Shown piece after piece: positions 1 to 10,730 of a stretch of DNA of 64,000 nucleotides; within the stretch, counting starts at the first letter, position 1; each line of letters starts with the position of its first letter. This DNA is from a virus (Duplodnaviria; Caudoviricetes). The position numbers were made by a program, and so were the translations under genes. Below the pieces are notes generated by a model that had not been told where the DNA came from, did no database searches, and saw only the letters and a list, made by a program, of their open reading frames with translations. Location of the stretch: positions 101,420 through 165,419 of IMG/VR virus record IMGVR_UViG_3300032007_000023; one strand, given 5' to 3'.

Positions 1-3000
1 TGTGTATCCGATACCTTCAATGATTGGCGACAAGAAGTCAAGTGTTAAGAGTATAGGCATCATTATAACATCAAGCAAGATGTTAATGAGATCAAGTATA
101 GGATTGAGGATATCCATTATTGCTTCCATAATAGGATTAATTACATCAACGAGTGTTTTTACTATAACAACAATTGACTCAGCTATAGCAGTAACAGCAC
201 CCTTGAGTGCTTCTATCATAGGAGTGAGAGCTTCAAGTATCTCTCCGAAAGCATCATTTAACGGTTCAAGACCCTCTGTAAGAATTCCCATTACAGCATC
301 CTTGATAGCTTGAAGTCCTTCCATACCCATTACGATAGAAAGAACGAGTTCACCAATACCCATTAAGGCTTGTGTGAAACCACCGAATATTTTACCAAGA
401 TCTCCTAAAGCACCGAGACCACCAGCTGCTCCACCAGCAGCACCGGCTGCACTAGCACCTTCAGCCGCGGCGGCTCCTTCTGCTGCGCCTTCAGCAGCAA
501 CTGCTCCTGTTGCAGCTAATGATGTACCACCTGTTGCTAAAGCCGCACCAGCTGTCACGAGTGTGTCTGTCATATCAGCACCACCGGTATCAACAGGAAG
601 TGGTGTTCCATCATCTGATTCAGCTTCCTTTACATCCTTATGGAATACATCTACACTTTTCAGGATTTTGCCAAGGAAGTCACAGATCGATACGAAAGGA
701 GTTTTCTTAGCTTCGTTTACAGGCTCGGTCATTACATCAGTAAGATCACCGAGTCGTTCAGTAGTATATGATTCATGACGAGCTTTTTCGTTTTGTTTCT
801 TTTGACGAGCTTTCTTTGCATCATCAAAACCTTTCATAAAGCCTTGACCAAAACGAGTACTTCTGAAAGCCGTACCAGCACGCTTTAAGATACCGGGTTT
901 CTTTTCATCGCCAGAATCATCTTTATTCTTTTTGAACTTATTTACAATTTTGGAGATACCTTCAGTGGTTTTGGTGAAAATTCCACTGAACATTTTAGCT
1001 CCCAATTTATAGAAGCCTTTGAGACCATTGACTGCAAGCTTTGTTACACCGACAACACCTTTGACCATAGTGATCATAGGTTTCATCAAAGGTTTGATTA
1101 TACCGGAATCACGTATAGGTTTTCCGTTTTCATCCTTGATAACTTCACCATTTTCATCTCGACGCTTTGCACCAAAGAAACCTTCACCCATTGATTTAAG
1201 ACCAAATACAATGTCAGTGACACCCTTTGTAGCAAGCCTACCAACGAATTTGGCTATCTTACCAAGAACAGAACCAACCTTCTTGAAACCACCGCCGACA
1301 ACATCAATTATTTCTTTGAACTTGTCGCCGATAGAACCAAATGGACTGCTTTGTGCATCTTCTTCACCAACAGGTGATTCTTGTAGAACAGATCCAATGT
1401 CAGGAGTTTCACCAGCTTCTATAGCTGCTTGACCTTTTTCACGCTTGGCTTTTATTTCTTGTATCTTATTAATACATTTAACCTGATGATTCAATGCTTG
1501 TCTTAATTGCTTATTTTCGATACAAGTAATTATTTCCTTTGCACCATCAAGGTCATCACTCTTTATACATTGAATAGCAAGCTCAACACCGACACGATCG
1601 TCAGCGTCTTCAACTTGTTCTGGTGTCAATGTAAAGTTATCGACAGCGTCTTGTGCACCTTTAAGAATCTTTTCATCTTTATTATATATAGCATTATTAG
1701 CAAGACGAGATCCGGTGTTCTTAAGATTCTGGAAGCGTTCGTTACCAGATAATTTACCACTTATCTTATCACGAATCTTACCACCAGTTTCTTTTATTGT
1801 ATCGATAGCAGAGTGAGCCTTTTCTGAAATATTTGCTTTAGCAGCATCATAACGACTATCGTATTTAATACTACCAGGTATTGCTTCAGAAACTTTTTGA
1901 CGAAGGTTATGTGTTTCACCGGTTATTTCACCTTTAGCCTTGTCAATTAATTCACGACCTTTACCGCCTTCTTTGAAAAAGCCCTTAAAGTCACCATTGA
2001 TGAATTTTGCTCCTAAATCTCTCATTGATGCGGCACCTAACATACCCAGCATGTTAGATAAGAATCCACCACCAGCGGACTTTACGGCACCGGCAATACC
2101 TTCACCACCAGCAAGACCACTTATGGTTTGCTGTATACCATCCGTAACAGCCTTCTTGAATATCTTTTCATCAGAACCACCAGAAGACATAGCGGCTCCT
2201 ATGAGAGCACCGAACTTACCATCAGATATCTGTTGCTTAACAGACTGACGACCGAGATCGTAGTCTTCAAACATCCAAGAAGGATTTTTCTGACTGAGGA
2301 CCTTTACATTGATACCTCTATTGAGTATACCAAAGATACCTCTTATGAAGTCTCCTTGTGAATGTTTTCCATCAAGATAAAAGGTATCATCTCTTTTTAT
2401 TTTAAGAGACGCATCATCTGTTGTTGCTTGTGGTTTAGGAGTATTATCAGTCTTTATATCAGGCTTACCATTAGGAGCATTCGTTTTAACAAACTGAGAA
2501 GCAAACATATCATATGTTATTACACCAGCTTGAATTGCTTCAGGTTTACCTGACTTGGCGAATGACTCGGCTGAACTCATCATATTCTTGAGAGAACTGT
2601 TAACATTCTGAACAAACTTTGCAGAATTCATCATACCAGATGAAAGCTGAAGTACGATAGATTGACAAAGACTTGACCAGTATTGAGGATCATTCTTAAC
2701 AAGACACAATGTCTTTACCGCACTCATTATGTACGGTGTCATATCACCTTTAAGATCTGATGCAGATAATGTTTTTCCTTTGTCATAAAGGTGCATTACT
2801 ATTACACCAGTAAGAGCTTGTGATGCAGTATCTATATCAGCAACATTAAGCTTATCACCAAGGATCTTCTTAGCAGATATTGTTATTCCCTTACTGGCTG
2901 TGTCGCTTAAACCCGTTGATGCAAAAGCATTCTTTGTTACTTCATCAAACTTGTTCTTCCGTGCACCCTTAACAAGTCTACCACGTTGATCAACATGATA

Positions 3001-4029
3001 GCTTTCACCAGATAATGCTTCATTAATCTTACTAAGATATTCAGGAATGATATTAACGATAGACATTCTTGTCATTCCATCAAATAAAGCTTTCTTGGTG
3101 TTGTATGTATTAGCAGCTATAGTGCTATAATCCTTATTACCTTCAAACTGAGTAAGGTCACCAAATAAAGTCTTGAAACCAGAGCTCTTTATTAAGTTTC
3201 CTAAACCGGTCTGTATAGCAGTACCAACGGCTTCATTGAACTTCTTACCCATGTCATCGATAGAATTACCACCGAGAACATCAAGCTTCTTTCCAGTACC
3301 AAATCCCATTAAGAATTTAGCAACATCGACAGGTCCACCACCATTGGTCAGCATCTGTGCAAATATAGAAGCAGTCTGTATAGCACTATTGTTAGAAGCA
3401 TTCTGCTTTGCTTGGTCGAAGATTCTCTTTAGTGAAAGATTACCTGTAGAATCATATATACCTGATTTATCTTCTGCCTTAGACTCTTCAATTTCAACTG
3501 TTTGAAGTTTAATGAGCTTATCTAATCTATCACTAATACCAATCAATGACTTGTTGATATTGTTCATTGATGTAATCATTTCAGATGTTCTATTATTAAG
3601 AACAGAAACAATTTCAGCAGTATTAGCAACGGATTGTTCTGCTTGACGACGACCAATCTTAATCATAGCATTGGTTTGCTTTTCGGTAATATTGGTCATT
3701 GATTCGAGTGTAAGACCGCTAGTAGTTTTTTCTCCATCAAGCTTTGGCTCTTCGTTTGAATCTATCTTAAAACCCGCATCAAAATCATCACCAGAGGAAG
3801 CATCATAAGAATTTTCTTCATTATAGAACCAATCCGATATCTTCTTTGTGATGTTAGTCGCTTTGAGTTTCGCAAAAGTATCAGAAGCATCAGTTGTAGA
3901 TTTGACTATTGAGTTCTTAACATCTTTAGCATCATTAATAAATGATGTAAGATTAGAAGTATAGTCTTGTCCGATTTCTTTCGTAGCTTGTCCAAGTATT
4001 TCCAAACTACGAGAAACCAATTTATTCAT
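1..4029 (-). CDS. Large tape-measure/tail-lysin-like virion protein (phiKZ gp181-like), 3'-partial, >=1343 aa
   Basis: Absent from the ORF track because it runs off the left edge. ATG at 4029 after a GGAGG RBS, reading MNKLVSRSLEILGQATKEIG... and still open at base 1 (...MPILLTLDFLSPIIEGIGYT). Contains FDGMTRMSIVNIIPEYLSKI, a motif I associate with phiKZ-like tape-measure/lysin proteins, plus helical G/A/K-rich tracts. Frame spot-checked, not read codon by codon. Confidence 0.7.
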   Translation of the reverse strand, partial: MNKLVSRSLEILGQATKEIGQDYTSNLTSFINDAKDVKNSIVKSTTDASDTFAKLKATNITKKISDWFYNEENSYDASSGDDFDAGFKIDSNEEPKLDGEKTTSGLTLESMTNITEKQTNAMIKIGRRQAEQSVANTAEIVSVLNNRTSEMITSMNNINKSLIGISDRLDKLIKLQTVEIEESKAEDKSGIYDSTGNLSLKRIFDQAKQNASNNSAIQTASIFAQMLTNGGGPVDVAKFLMGFGTGKKLDVLGGNSIDDMGKKFNEAVGTAIQTGLGNLIKSSGFKTLFGDLTQFEGNKDYSTIAANTYNTKKALFDGMTRMSIVNIIPEYLSKINEALSGESYHVDQRGRLVKGARKNKFDEVTKNAFASTGLSDTASKGITISAKKILGDKLNVADIDTASQALTGVIVMHLYDKGKTLSASDLKGDMTPYIMSAVKTLCLVKNDPQYWSSLCQSIVLQLSSGMMNSAKFVQNVNSSLKNMMSSAESFAKSGKPEAIQAGVITYDMFASQFVKTNAPNGKPDIKTDNTPKPQATTDDASLKIKRDDTFYLDGKHSQGDFIRGIFGILNRGINVKVLSQKNPSWMFEDYDLGRQSVKQQISDGKFGALIGAAMSSGGSDEKIFKKAVTDGIQQTISGLAGGEGIAGAVKSAGGGFLSNMLGMLGAASMRDLGAKFINGDFKGFFKEGGKGRELIDKAKGEITGETHNLRQKVSEAIPGSIKYDSRYDAAKANISEKAHSAIDTIKETGGKIRDKISGKLSGNERFQNLKNTGSRLANNAIYNKDEKILKGAQDAVDNFTLTPEQVEDADDRVGVELAIQCIKSDDLDGAKEIITCIENKQLRQALNHQVKCINKIQEIKAKREKGQAAIEAGETPDIGSVLQESPVGEEDAQSSPFGSIGDKFKEIIDVVGGGFKKVGSVLGKIAKFVGRLATKGVTDIVFGLKSMGEGFFGAKRRDENGEVIKDENGKPIRDSGIIKPLMKPMITMVKGVVGVTKLAVNGLKGFYKLGAKMFSGIFTKTTEGISKIVNKFKKNKDDSGDEKKPGILKRAGTAFRSTRFGQGFMKGFDDAKKARQKKQNEKARHESYTTERLGDLTDVMTEPVNEAKKTPFVSICDFLGKILKSVDVFHKDVKEAESDDGTPLPVDTGGADMTDTLVTAGAALATGGTSLAATGAVAAEGAAEGAAAAEGASAAGAAGGAAGGLGALGDLGKIFGGFTQALMGIGELVLSIVMGMEGLQAIKDAVMGILTEGLEPLNDAFGEILEALTPMIEALKGAVTAIAESIVVIVKTLVDVINPIMEAIMDILNPILDLINILLDVIMMPILLTLDFLSPIIEGIGYT

Positions 4030-4068
4030 TCAACACCCACCTCCTTTGTAGTATGGATGATAAAATAA

Positions 4069-4095
4069 AGAATGGGCACATTATGTGCCCATTCT
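4069..4095. terminator. Hairpin, probable terminator
   Basis: AGAATGGGCACA-TTA-TGTGCCCATTCT, 12-bp perfect stem downstream of 4104..4865. Confidence 0.7.
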
Positions 4096-4103
4096 CTTTA
4101 ATA

Positions 4104-4865
4104 TTAAAAGAATTGGACTAAGTCTTCGACTTCATCAAGGTGAAAACGTTCTTTAGCATTTTTGATCCAATCTTTTTGTTTGTCTTCAGCACCAGACCAT
4201 TCACCTATTTTGGTTTGTATTTCTTTAAATGCAGAACCAACATTCTCCATATTTTTAAGGTTGTTGTAAAGTGTTCTTTGAACATCGAGTGTTGCTAATT
4301 CAACAAATGACAGATATGCTGTATCAGGAATAGTTTCCAATGATAATTCATGAACACATTTTACAGTAAACTTTATAGCACACTTATCTGGAAAATTAAA
4401 CAGTTGAATTCTGTTATGTCCAAGATATTTTGATGTTGGTTGTTGTGCAGTTATTCCGGCATATTTGTTAATAGCGGCACCTGTTTGTGTGGCATTAACT
4501 ATGTCTTGAGAATAATAAGATCCGAATCCAATGAACGGAGTACCAACAGTGAATGCATTCGTCATAGCTTCTTCAGTTTGGTATTGTGAAGAGCATGCCT
4601 CTGCTTTTGCCGTTTTTACCTTGGTACGAGTTGCTTCAGGTGGAAGTATGTATATATCCATCTTTTTTGTAAATTCACTTGGTGAAAGAAGATCTTCTTT
4701 CTGTCCATAACATGTTCTCACATATGGTTTTATGTCAGACCATTCGCGAACAGTCATTTTCAAAATCTCTTGAATAACATTTTCAACAGGCATTTTATAT
4801 GGTAATGCAATATTGTTTAAACCCTGAGAGAATTTAATATCATTAATGACGTCGGTTATATTCAT
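4104..4865 (-). CDS. Putative virion structural protein (possibly neck/head-tail adaptor)
   Basis: 253-aa ORF with GGTGG RBS in the head operon; only weak N-terminal resemblance to neck proteins. Confidence 0.45.
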   Translation of the reverse strand: MNITDVINDIKFSQGLNNIALPYKMPVENVIQEILKMTVREWSDIKPYVRTCYGQKEDLLSPSEFTKKMDIYILPPEATRTKVKTAKAEACSSQYQTEEAMTNAFTVGTPFIGFGSYYSQDIVNATQTGAAINKYAGITAQQPTSKYLGHNRIQLFNFPDKCAIKFTVKCVHELSLETIPDTAYLSFVELATLDVQRTLYNNLKNMENVGSAFKEIQTKIGEWSGAEDKQKDWIKNAKERFHLDEVEDLVQFF

Positions 4866-4880
4866 AACATAACCACCACC

Positions 4881-5456
4881 TTATCTGGGGATGTATTTAT
4901 GCATAACGGGTGCGTTCTTATTTGCATATGCAGAACGAGTTGATTCATCAAGATGGTATGCAAAGAACTTAGAATTTGATGTTGATAACCAAAGATATAT
5001 CTTCATATCATCACGACAAACTTTAGCCAACTTCTTATACTGATTATTCGTTAAACGAATAAGAGAATTGAGTTCTGCAGATATAGATTTATCCTTCAGA
5101 TAATTCTCAATTATTGACTGAAGCTCTTTTGTCTTCTTGAGATAGGAAACATTGATGTCTTTAAACTGTTCAAGATGAATCTTCTTACGATACTTCTTAT
5201 CGGTAAACATCTTGTCATAGAAGTTCTGGGAGATCTTAAGAACCTTTCCCTCATACTTCTTATCATCCTTAGCTTCATATTCTTTATAACCATCGATGAA
5301 TTCTATCATCTGATCAAGGATCATATCATAGTTTAATATGTCATACTGAGTCTTGTAAATATCTTTTGCATTAACAAAACTCTTAGCAACATCCTCAAAC
5401 AGATTCTTATTGTTAGAGACACATTTACGGGTCTCGAGTTCTTTTGATGAGATCAT
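4881..5456 (-). CDS. Hypothetical protein
   Basis: 191-aa ORF, GGAGG RBS, in operon. Confidence 0.75.
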   Translation of the reverse strand: MISSKELETRKCVSNNKNLFEDVAKSFVNAKDIYKTQYDILNYDMILDQMIEFIDGYKEYEAKDDKKYEGKVLKISQNFYDKMFTDKKYRKKIHLEQFKDINVSYLKKTKELQSIIENYLKDKSISAELNSLIRLTNNQYKKLAKVCRDDMKIYLWLSTSNSKFFAYHLDESTRSAYANKNAPVMHKYIPR

Positions 5457-5471
5457 TATGTTATCCCTCCT

Positions 5472-7157
5472 TTATACTGCTGATCCAGGATAGTTTACAC
5501 GCCATATCTGTTCAGATCTGTTGATAGGACGTATACGAAGTATCTGGGTTAAAAGTTTCTCAAGATCACTCTTCATTTGAGTGAGATACTGTTTATTGTG
5601 AGGAACAATGTAACGAGCGTCCTGAGTATCAAGTACGGTGAGATAGAAATCAACAAGTTCTATCTTGGAACATGTATAACCAGCAAGCATAGCCTGATCA
5701 TTAGCTGAACGAATATCGTTCATTTCACAAGTTATGTATGCTACAACATCTCGACCAATTGGTTTAAGCTTCTTGGGTTTCTTTGATAAGAAACCTTCCT
5801 GATGCATTTTTGGATTTGAATTAACGATAGCCTTTGTCTGTGCTGACATGGGCATTGGAGTAGTATTTACATTTCCCTTAGCGTCAGTACTCTCAGTTGG
5901 TGAATCAGTTGTAGCACCTGTTGCAGGAGAACATGCTTCTTCAGTAATGTCTCCACCATCGTCACCGGTATCAGCACCAGTATCATCCGATCCGCCATCA
6001 TCAACCATTTCATCTTCTTCTTGAATTGGTTTTGTTCCAAATACAGAATCTTCTGTTCCTTTATCTCGTTGCTCTGTGATTTCTGGATGTTTCTTTTCAA
6101 GCTTATCTAAATAATTAAGAAAATTTTCAACTTCATGTTTTGCCTTTTTATTGTTACGAGCTCTTTCAACATCAACTTCTTCTTGAATTGGTTTCAGATC
6201 ACTTTCTGCGGGTATAGGTGTTTTATTCATTGCACCACTTACCATAGCAGCCATGTCTTCTGTATCTTCCTGAACAGTATCTATATCACCACATTCTTCA
6301 ACAGATTCATCATCGTCATCATCAATGTCTTTTATGACAGCTTCTTCATCATCATTATCAGAGGATTCGTTATCTTCAGACTCGTCGTCATCATTATCAG
6401 AATCATCGCTGTCTGTATCATCAGAGTCATCATCATTGTCACCATCCTCTTCATCAGATTCGGTTTCGTCATTTTCAGGTGTAGGATCTGATTCAATTGC
6501 GTCCATATCATAATCATCATATGAATCAACTGTATCATCATTGGTTACAACATCCTCGGGTTTTGTTTCAACGATATCGTCTACCTCATTATCAAGTTCA
6601 GTAAGACTTTTACCCATTTCAGGATTATAGAAGTCTTCCTTATCCTTCTCGAGATAATTATCAACGACATCATTTGTATTAGGACACTTCTCTTTATCAC
6701 AGAGATCATGAACAAAGTTAACACCATTTGTTCTATCAGCATCAGATACATCAAATGAGCCATTATCATCCATCCTACCGATTACAATAGCAATCATAGG
6801 TTTAAGCTGTTTAGGAGTATCTTTACCAGAGTTAACCATTGCATCATATGGTATAGATGTTCTTTCGATCATAGTTGCATTTCGGTCAATCTCATCTGCA
6901 TCATCAAAGATAGTTCCATTTGCAATTGCTTGAGCAACATGTCCCTCTTGTACTGTATCAATATCCTTAGGACAAAGAACTCTTGTATTTCCATCATTGT
7001 CCTTATAGACACGAACACCAGTACCAGCATACTCTTTCACTATTATGTCACCTTTATCAGGATGAGCAATGTGAGTATACTCGGTAATGACATCGTACTT
7101 CTTCTGCTCAATCAATGCTTTTACAATATTAAGCCGAGTACTATTCATTATAAACAC
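5472..7157 (-). CDS. Acidic internal head/scaffold-like protein
   Basis: 561 aa with long D/E tracts, multiple VQE/IQE/HQE candidate protease sites and a basic folded C-terminus after HQE|G. Confidence 0.6.
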   Translation of the reverse strand: MFIMNSTRLNIVKALIEQKKYDVITEYTHIAHPDKGDIIVKEYAGTGVRVYKDNDGNTRVLCPKDIDTVQEGHVAQAIANGTIFDDADEIDRNATMIERTSIPYDAMVNSGKDTPKQLKPMIAIVIGRMDDNGSFDVSDADRTNGVNFVHDLCDKEKCPNTNDVVDNYLEKDKEDFYNPEMGKSLTELDNEVDDIVETKPEDVVTNDDTVDSYDDYDMDAIESDPTPENDETESDEEDGDNDDDSDDTDSDDSDNDDDESEDNESSDNDDEEAVIKDIDDDDDESVEECGDIDTVQEDTEDMAAMVSGAMNKTPIPAESDLKPIQEEVDVERARNNKKAKHEVENFLNYLDKLEKKHPEITEQRDKGTEDSVFGTKPIQEEDEMVDDGGSDDTGADTGDDGGDITEEACSPATGATTDSPTESTDAKGNVNTTPMPMSAQTKAIVNSNPKMHQEGFLSKKPKKLKPIGRDVVAYITCEMNDIRSANDQAMLAGYTCSKIELVDFYLTVLDTQDARYIVPHNKQYLTQMKSDLEKLLTQILRIRPINRSEQIWRVNYPGSAV

Positions 7158-7199
7158 ACATCCAATCTTTAATAAATTTTATTTTAGGAGGTTTTACCT

Positions 7200-7766
7200 A
7201 TGCTTGAAAACTTTACTTACACTGATTGGTTAGTGATCATTCTTGTATCACTATTCATATCAGCAATCGTTCTCATCCCGTTCTCTATTCTTTTTAAACT
7301 GAAACACAGAATGGATGAATTATCTCGTATGATGTATGTCCTTATTAAAAAGGATGAACATTATAACAATTCACATGATGATATCAAACGAGCATTAACA
7401 GTTATCAATGGTAACATAGGATCGTTATCCAGCAGTACCGACCAGGTCATCCAAGAATTAAATGGTGTTTCATCATCTACCATGCAAGCATTAAATGAAT
7501 TAAAGGTAGTATCAAATACACCTGGATTACCAACACCAAATATTTCAAAGATGATGAGAGAAACAATACTGGAGAATATAAACATTGAGGTATTGTTATC
7601 TAAGGGAATGAAAATCCCTAATAAAAAGTCCACGGATCATATTATAGAAAATACAATAGCAACATATCCGAACGTAGACAAAGAATATACGATCAAATTA
7701 TGTTTAGCAATGATCGAAAACTTTGCACTTAATTTTGCTGAAGGAAGATCTAATGAATTAAAGTAA
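7200..7766 (+). CDS. Membrane-anchored coiled-coil hypothetical protein
   Basis: N-terminal TM segment (WLVIILVSLFISAIVLIPFSILF), GGAGG RBS, followed by a hairpin. Confidence 0.7.
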   Translation: MLENFTYTDWLVIILVSLFISAIVLIPFSILFKLKHRMDELSRMMYVLIKKDEHYNNSHDDIKRALTVINGNIGSLSSSTDQVIQELNGVSSSTMQALNELKVVSNTPGLPTPNISKMMRETILENINIEVLLSKGMKIPNKKSTDHIIENTIATYPNVDKEYTIKLCLAMIENFALNFAEGRSNELK

Positions 7767-7777
7767 AATGGTATTTC

Positions 7778-7799
7778 GATGGGGGCGATTGCCCCCATC
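7778..7799. terminator. Bidirectional hairpin terminator
   Basis: GATGGGGGC-GATT-GCCCCCATC between convergent genes. Confidence 0.8.
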
Positions 7800-7849
7800 T
7801 AATTTACCATTTATTTGAATTATTACAGTCTTATGCTGTAGGCTTTTTA

Positions 7850-10054
7850 TCAGCCGTTAGTACCCTGTCCGCCAGCACCATCAGCAGTCATTGTCTCAGG
7901 TGTGAATACACCAGCCTTGTTATCAGGAACAAGAACAGTGTTCTTGCAGATAACACGACCCTGGATACCCTGGATAGAGATAGTCTTGTACTGAGCAGAA
8001 GTTGTGATAAGAACAGCCTGACCGCCAGGATTGTTGATATCAGCATAGCCAGCATTCTCAGGTGAATTTGTGAGGTGACGAGCGAAACGGAGGTGCTTGT
8101 ATGAGATGTGGAACTTATCCATCGGATAAGCAACGATCTTGAAGAAGTACTCTCTTGACTCATCGCCAGGATTTGCACCTTCCTGATATGCAGGAATATT
8201 GATGTAAGCATCAACACGGTTAGAAGCTACAACACGGATCGGGAGATCGGAATCTGTGAGGATACCGAATGAGTGATTCATCTGAACACCACCGATTTCA
8301 GTTGACTTCTTAACAGTCCATGTTACGAACTTATTGAGGAGACGGCATGCCTTGGGGTTAGCATAGATAACGAAGCCAAGGTTCTCGAGCTTACCACGAT
8401 CACAGAGCTCGTAGATAACGCTGTTGATAGCGTTGTGGATTATGTTAGTCCTGAACTCCCAAGGATCGCCTGCGAAGTTAGGAACTGTAGCCTTAGGATC
8501 AAGGTCAGCATACTCAGTATGAGTATAGCTCTCAAGAGACCATACATCAGACTCATATCCGTTGTACTTATCGAACTCTTCATCGAGGAACTCAAGGATT
8601 GACTCATCCTCGAACATTTCCTGATTAACAACGAGCTCCTGAACGAGTCTGTTGTAGAGGTTGAAGTTGAGAGAAGCGTTAGCCTCAGCAAAGTCTTCAA
8701 CTGTGAATGGAAGCTGGAATCTGCAACCATCAGAGATCTGGAACTTTCTGATCTCAGGATACTCACGGAAGCCGATTGTTCTGAGGTTTGTTTCATTAGA
8801 GATGTGACCTGATACATAGAGACCCTTAATAACGCCGCATGAAGAAGCAGTAAGAGTACCCTTAACGAAGTCTACACGACCAGAGAGCATATCAGAGATA
8901 TGAACAATCTCGCCTGTAGGAAGATTTGTAGTAGGATCTACAACAGGGAGTCTGAGGTCCTCAGTGATACCACCGTTGATGAAGTTACCGCCGTTCTGGA
9001 TCTCGATTGCGATACCAGCACCAGGAAGCTTAACCTTCTTAAGTGGTGTTACCTGAGTCTTCTCATAGTAAGTATTCTTAGCATAAACATCAGTAGATGT
9101 TACGCCAGCATATACGGGAGCAGCACCTTGCTCAGCAGTATTCTTGAAATACTTTGTAGAAGGTGTTGCATCAGCCGGCCAGTCTTCGGGAGCATTGTCA
9201 GCTGTAAGAAGAACATACTTATCAGTTGCCTCACCGTCGATAGCAACGTACTGAATGTTGAAGTCATATGAAAGACGAGTTCTCAGAGTCTTCTGAGGAG
9301 CGAACTCACCGGGTTCGTATGCAGTGCCGTCATCCTTGAGAAGGTGATCGAACATGTCATATTTCTTATTTGTAGCAGAATAGATATCAGAGAGAAGGAT
9401 AGGATCCTTATCATTGATCTTAATACCCTTACCAGCATTCCAGAGCTTCTTCCATGTAGGAGTTCCGTCTGCTTCTTTCTGCCAGTATACCTTAGGTACT
9501 TCGTACTCTTCACCAGTCTGGTTGTTTACGAGGTACTTGATGAAGATTCTCTGCTCGATGTTTGTAGATGAAGCGGTCTGTACAGGTATGATATCCTTAC
9601 CGAGGAATCTGATGTACTGCTTAATGAGTGCAGGGAAGTCGAGAGTAGCGAGAGGGAGGTATGTAGAAGTATTATAAGACTCCTGTACCAGGAAGCTCTG
9701 TACTGAAGAATCCCAAGCGTTCTCAAGCTGCTCAGCAACTGACTCAAGGTGAATCTTCTCACCAGGATCACTTGTCTGCTCTGCAGCCTCACGAAGCTCA
9801 CCACAGATAGGATCGAGCATGAGAGTCTTATACTCCTGCATGATCTCCGGGTTATCCATCATCTTCTTAGCATCCTTCATTACGTTGATGCCAGAATAAG
9901 TGTGTGCGAGCTGATTTACGGTATCTTTGAAATTATTATCGAATCCGTCACGAAGAGTATCAAGTTCCGCATCAGATGAGTTGTTAATCATGTTCATCTG
10001 CTCTTGGAACCAGCTGTCGTGCTGGCCGACTGTCATTGATCTGCTGTAAGCCAT
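7850..10054 (-). CDS. Major capsid protein precursor (734 aa)
   Basis: Start moved to ATG 10054 (AAGGAG RBS). Size matches jumbo-phage MCPs; strongest codon bias in the window; N-terminal helical propeptide ending FLVQE|S; lies downstream of the prohead protease. Confidence 0.7.
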   Translation of the reverse strand: MAYSRSMTVGQHDSWFQEQMNMINNSSDAELDTLRDGFDNNFKDTVNQLAHTYSGINVMKDAKKMMDNPEIMQEYKTLMLDPICGELREAAEQTSDPGEKIHLESVAEQLENAWDSSVQSFLVQESYNTSTYLPLATLDFPALIKQYIRFLGKDIIPVQTASSTNIEQRIFIKYLVNNQTGEEYEVPKVYWQKEADGTPTWKKLWNAGKGIKINDKDPILLSDIYSATNKKYDMFDHLLKDDGTAYEPGEFAPQKTLRTRLSYDFNIQYVAIDGEATDKYVLLTADNAPEDWPADATPSTKYFKNTAEQGAAPVYAGVTSTDVYAKNTYYEKTQVTPLKKVKLPGAGIAIEIQNGGNFINGGITEDLRLPVVDPTTNLPTGEIVHISDMLSGRVDFVKGTLTASSCGVIKGLYVSGHISNETNLRTIGFREYPEIRKFQISDGCRFQLPFTVEDFAEANASLNFNLYNRLVQELVVNQEMFEDESILEFLDEEFDKYNGYESDVWSLESYTHTEYADLDPKATVPNFAGDPWEFRTNIIHNAINSVIYELCDRGKLENLGFVIYANPKACRLLNKFVTWTVKKSTEIGGVQMNHSFGILTDSDLPIRVVASNRVDAYINIPAYQEGANPGDESREYFFKIVAYPMDKFHISYKHLRFARHLTNSPENAGYADINNPGGQAVLITTSAQYKTISIQGIQGRVICKNTVLVPDNKAGVFTPETMTADGAGGQGTNG

Positions 10055-10106
10055 GAATAAAACACTCCTTCTTAGTTTTAAATTTTGAAAGTGAAACACT
10101 TTTCAA

Positions 10107-10718
10107 TCATTGCTTATTTTTTATCTTTTTAAGATTTGTATCAATTCGATTAAGTAGAAGAACGTATAAGCTATCCAGCTTCTGATAGAAGAGTTGATTC
10201 TCTCCGTAACCAGAATCTACGAAATCATTGATAACATACTTTTGCCCTTTTTCAAGAGCATCTTTGAGTTGGTTGACTAATTCGTCATTGCTTTTTACAA
10301 CGTCGTATGGCAGCAAAGGAACAAGTTCTTTCAGATTACCAAGTATTTCCTCAATCTCAGAATTACGATCTTTCATTCTGTTATAAAGTTGCTGATTGAG
10401 AATGTTGTTGGCTTTGTCAGAAAGTTTAGTATCTTCTTTATCTGCTTCCTCTTCGTTGTTTTCGCCGCTTGAATCGCCACCACTCATGTCATCACCGCCA
10501 CCCATGTCATCTCCGCCGAATTCTGGCATATCCATGCCACCAGCGTCATCCATCGGGGGTGGTTCGCCGAGATCGCCACCACCTGAATTATCAGTAGCAG
10601 GAGGGGCAATGTCTTCGGAAGGTGTATCTGCTACTTCAGCAGATCCAGCATCGAATGGTTGAAGTTCATCTCCTTCAGCCTCCATGACTGTAAAAAATAA
10701 ACTCTTTGGCATTGTCAA
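10107..10718 (-). CDS. Acidic scaffold/prohead core-like protein
   Basis: 203 aa with a VME|A site, D/G/M-rich disordered N-half and helical C-half, immediately upstream of MCP. Confidence 0.5.
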   Translation of the reverse strand: MTMPKSLFFTVMEAEGDELQPFDAGSAEVADTPSEDIAPPATDNSGGGDLGEPPPMDDAGGMDMPEFGGDDMGGGDDMSGGDSSGENNEEEADKEDTKLSDKANNILNQQLYNRMKDRNSEIEEILGNLKELVPLLPYDVVKSNDELVNQLKDALEKGQKYVINDFVDSGYGENQLFYQKLDSLYVLLLNRIDTNLKKIKNKQ

Positions 10719-10730
10719 CCCTCCTTTCTA

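Noticed and set aside
2-3505. Plus-strand ORFs in the track (2..313, 374..778, 1019..1432, 1940..2248, 3173..3505 and others)
   Set aside because: Antisense shadows of the long minus-strand gene 1..4029, with no RBS and S/P/T-rich mirror composition.
6300-6560. TCA/TCG-rich repetitive DNA, and ACA runs near 44100-44220
   Set aside because: Explained by Asp/Glu-rich and Thr-rich coding tracts; not CRISPR or satellite repeats.
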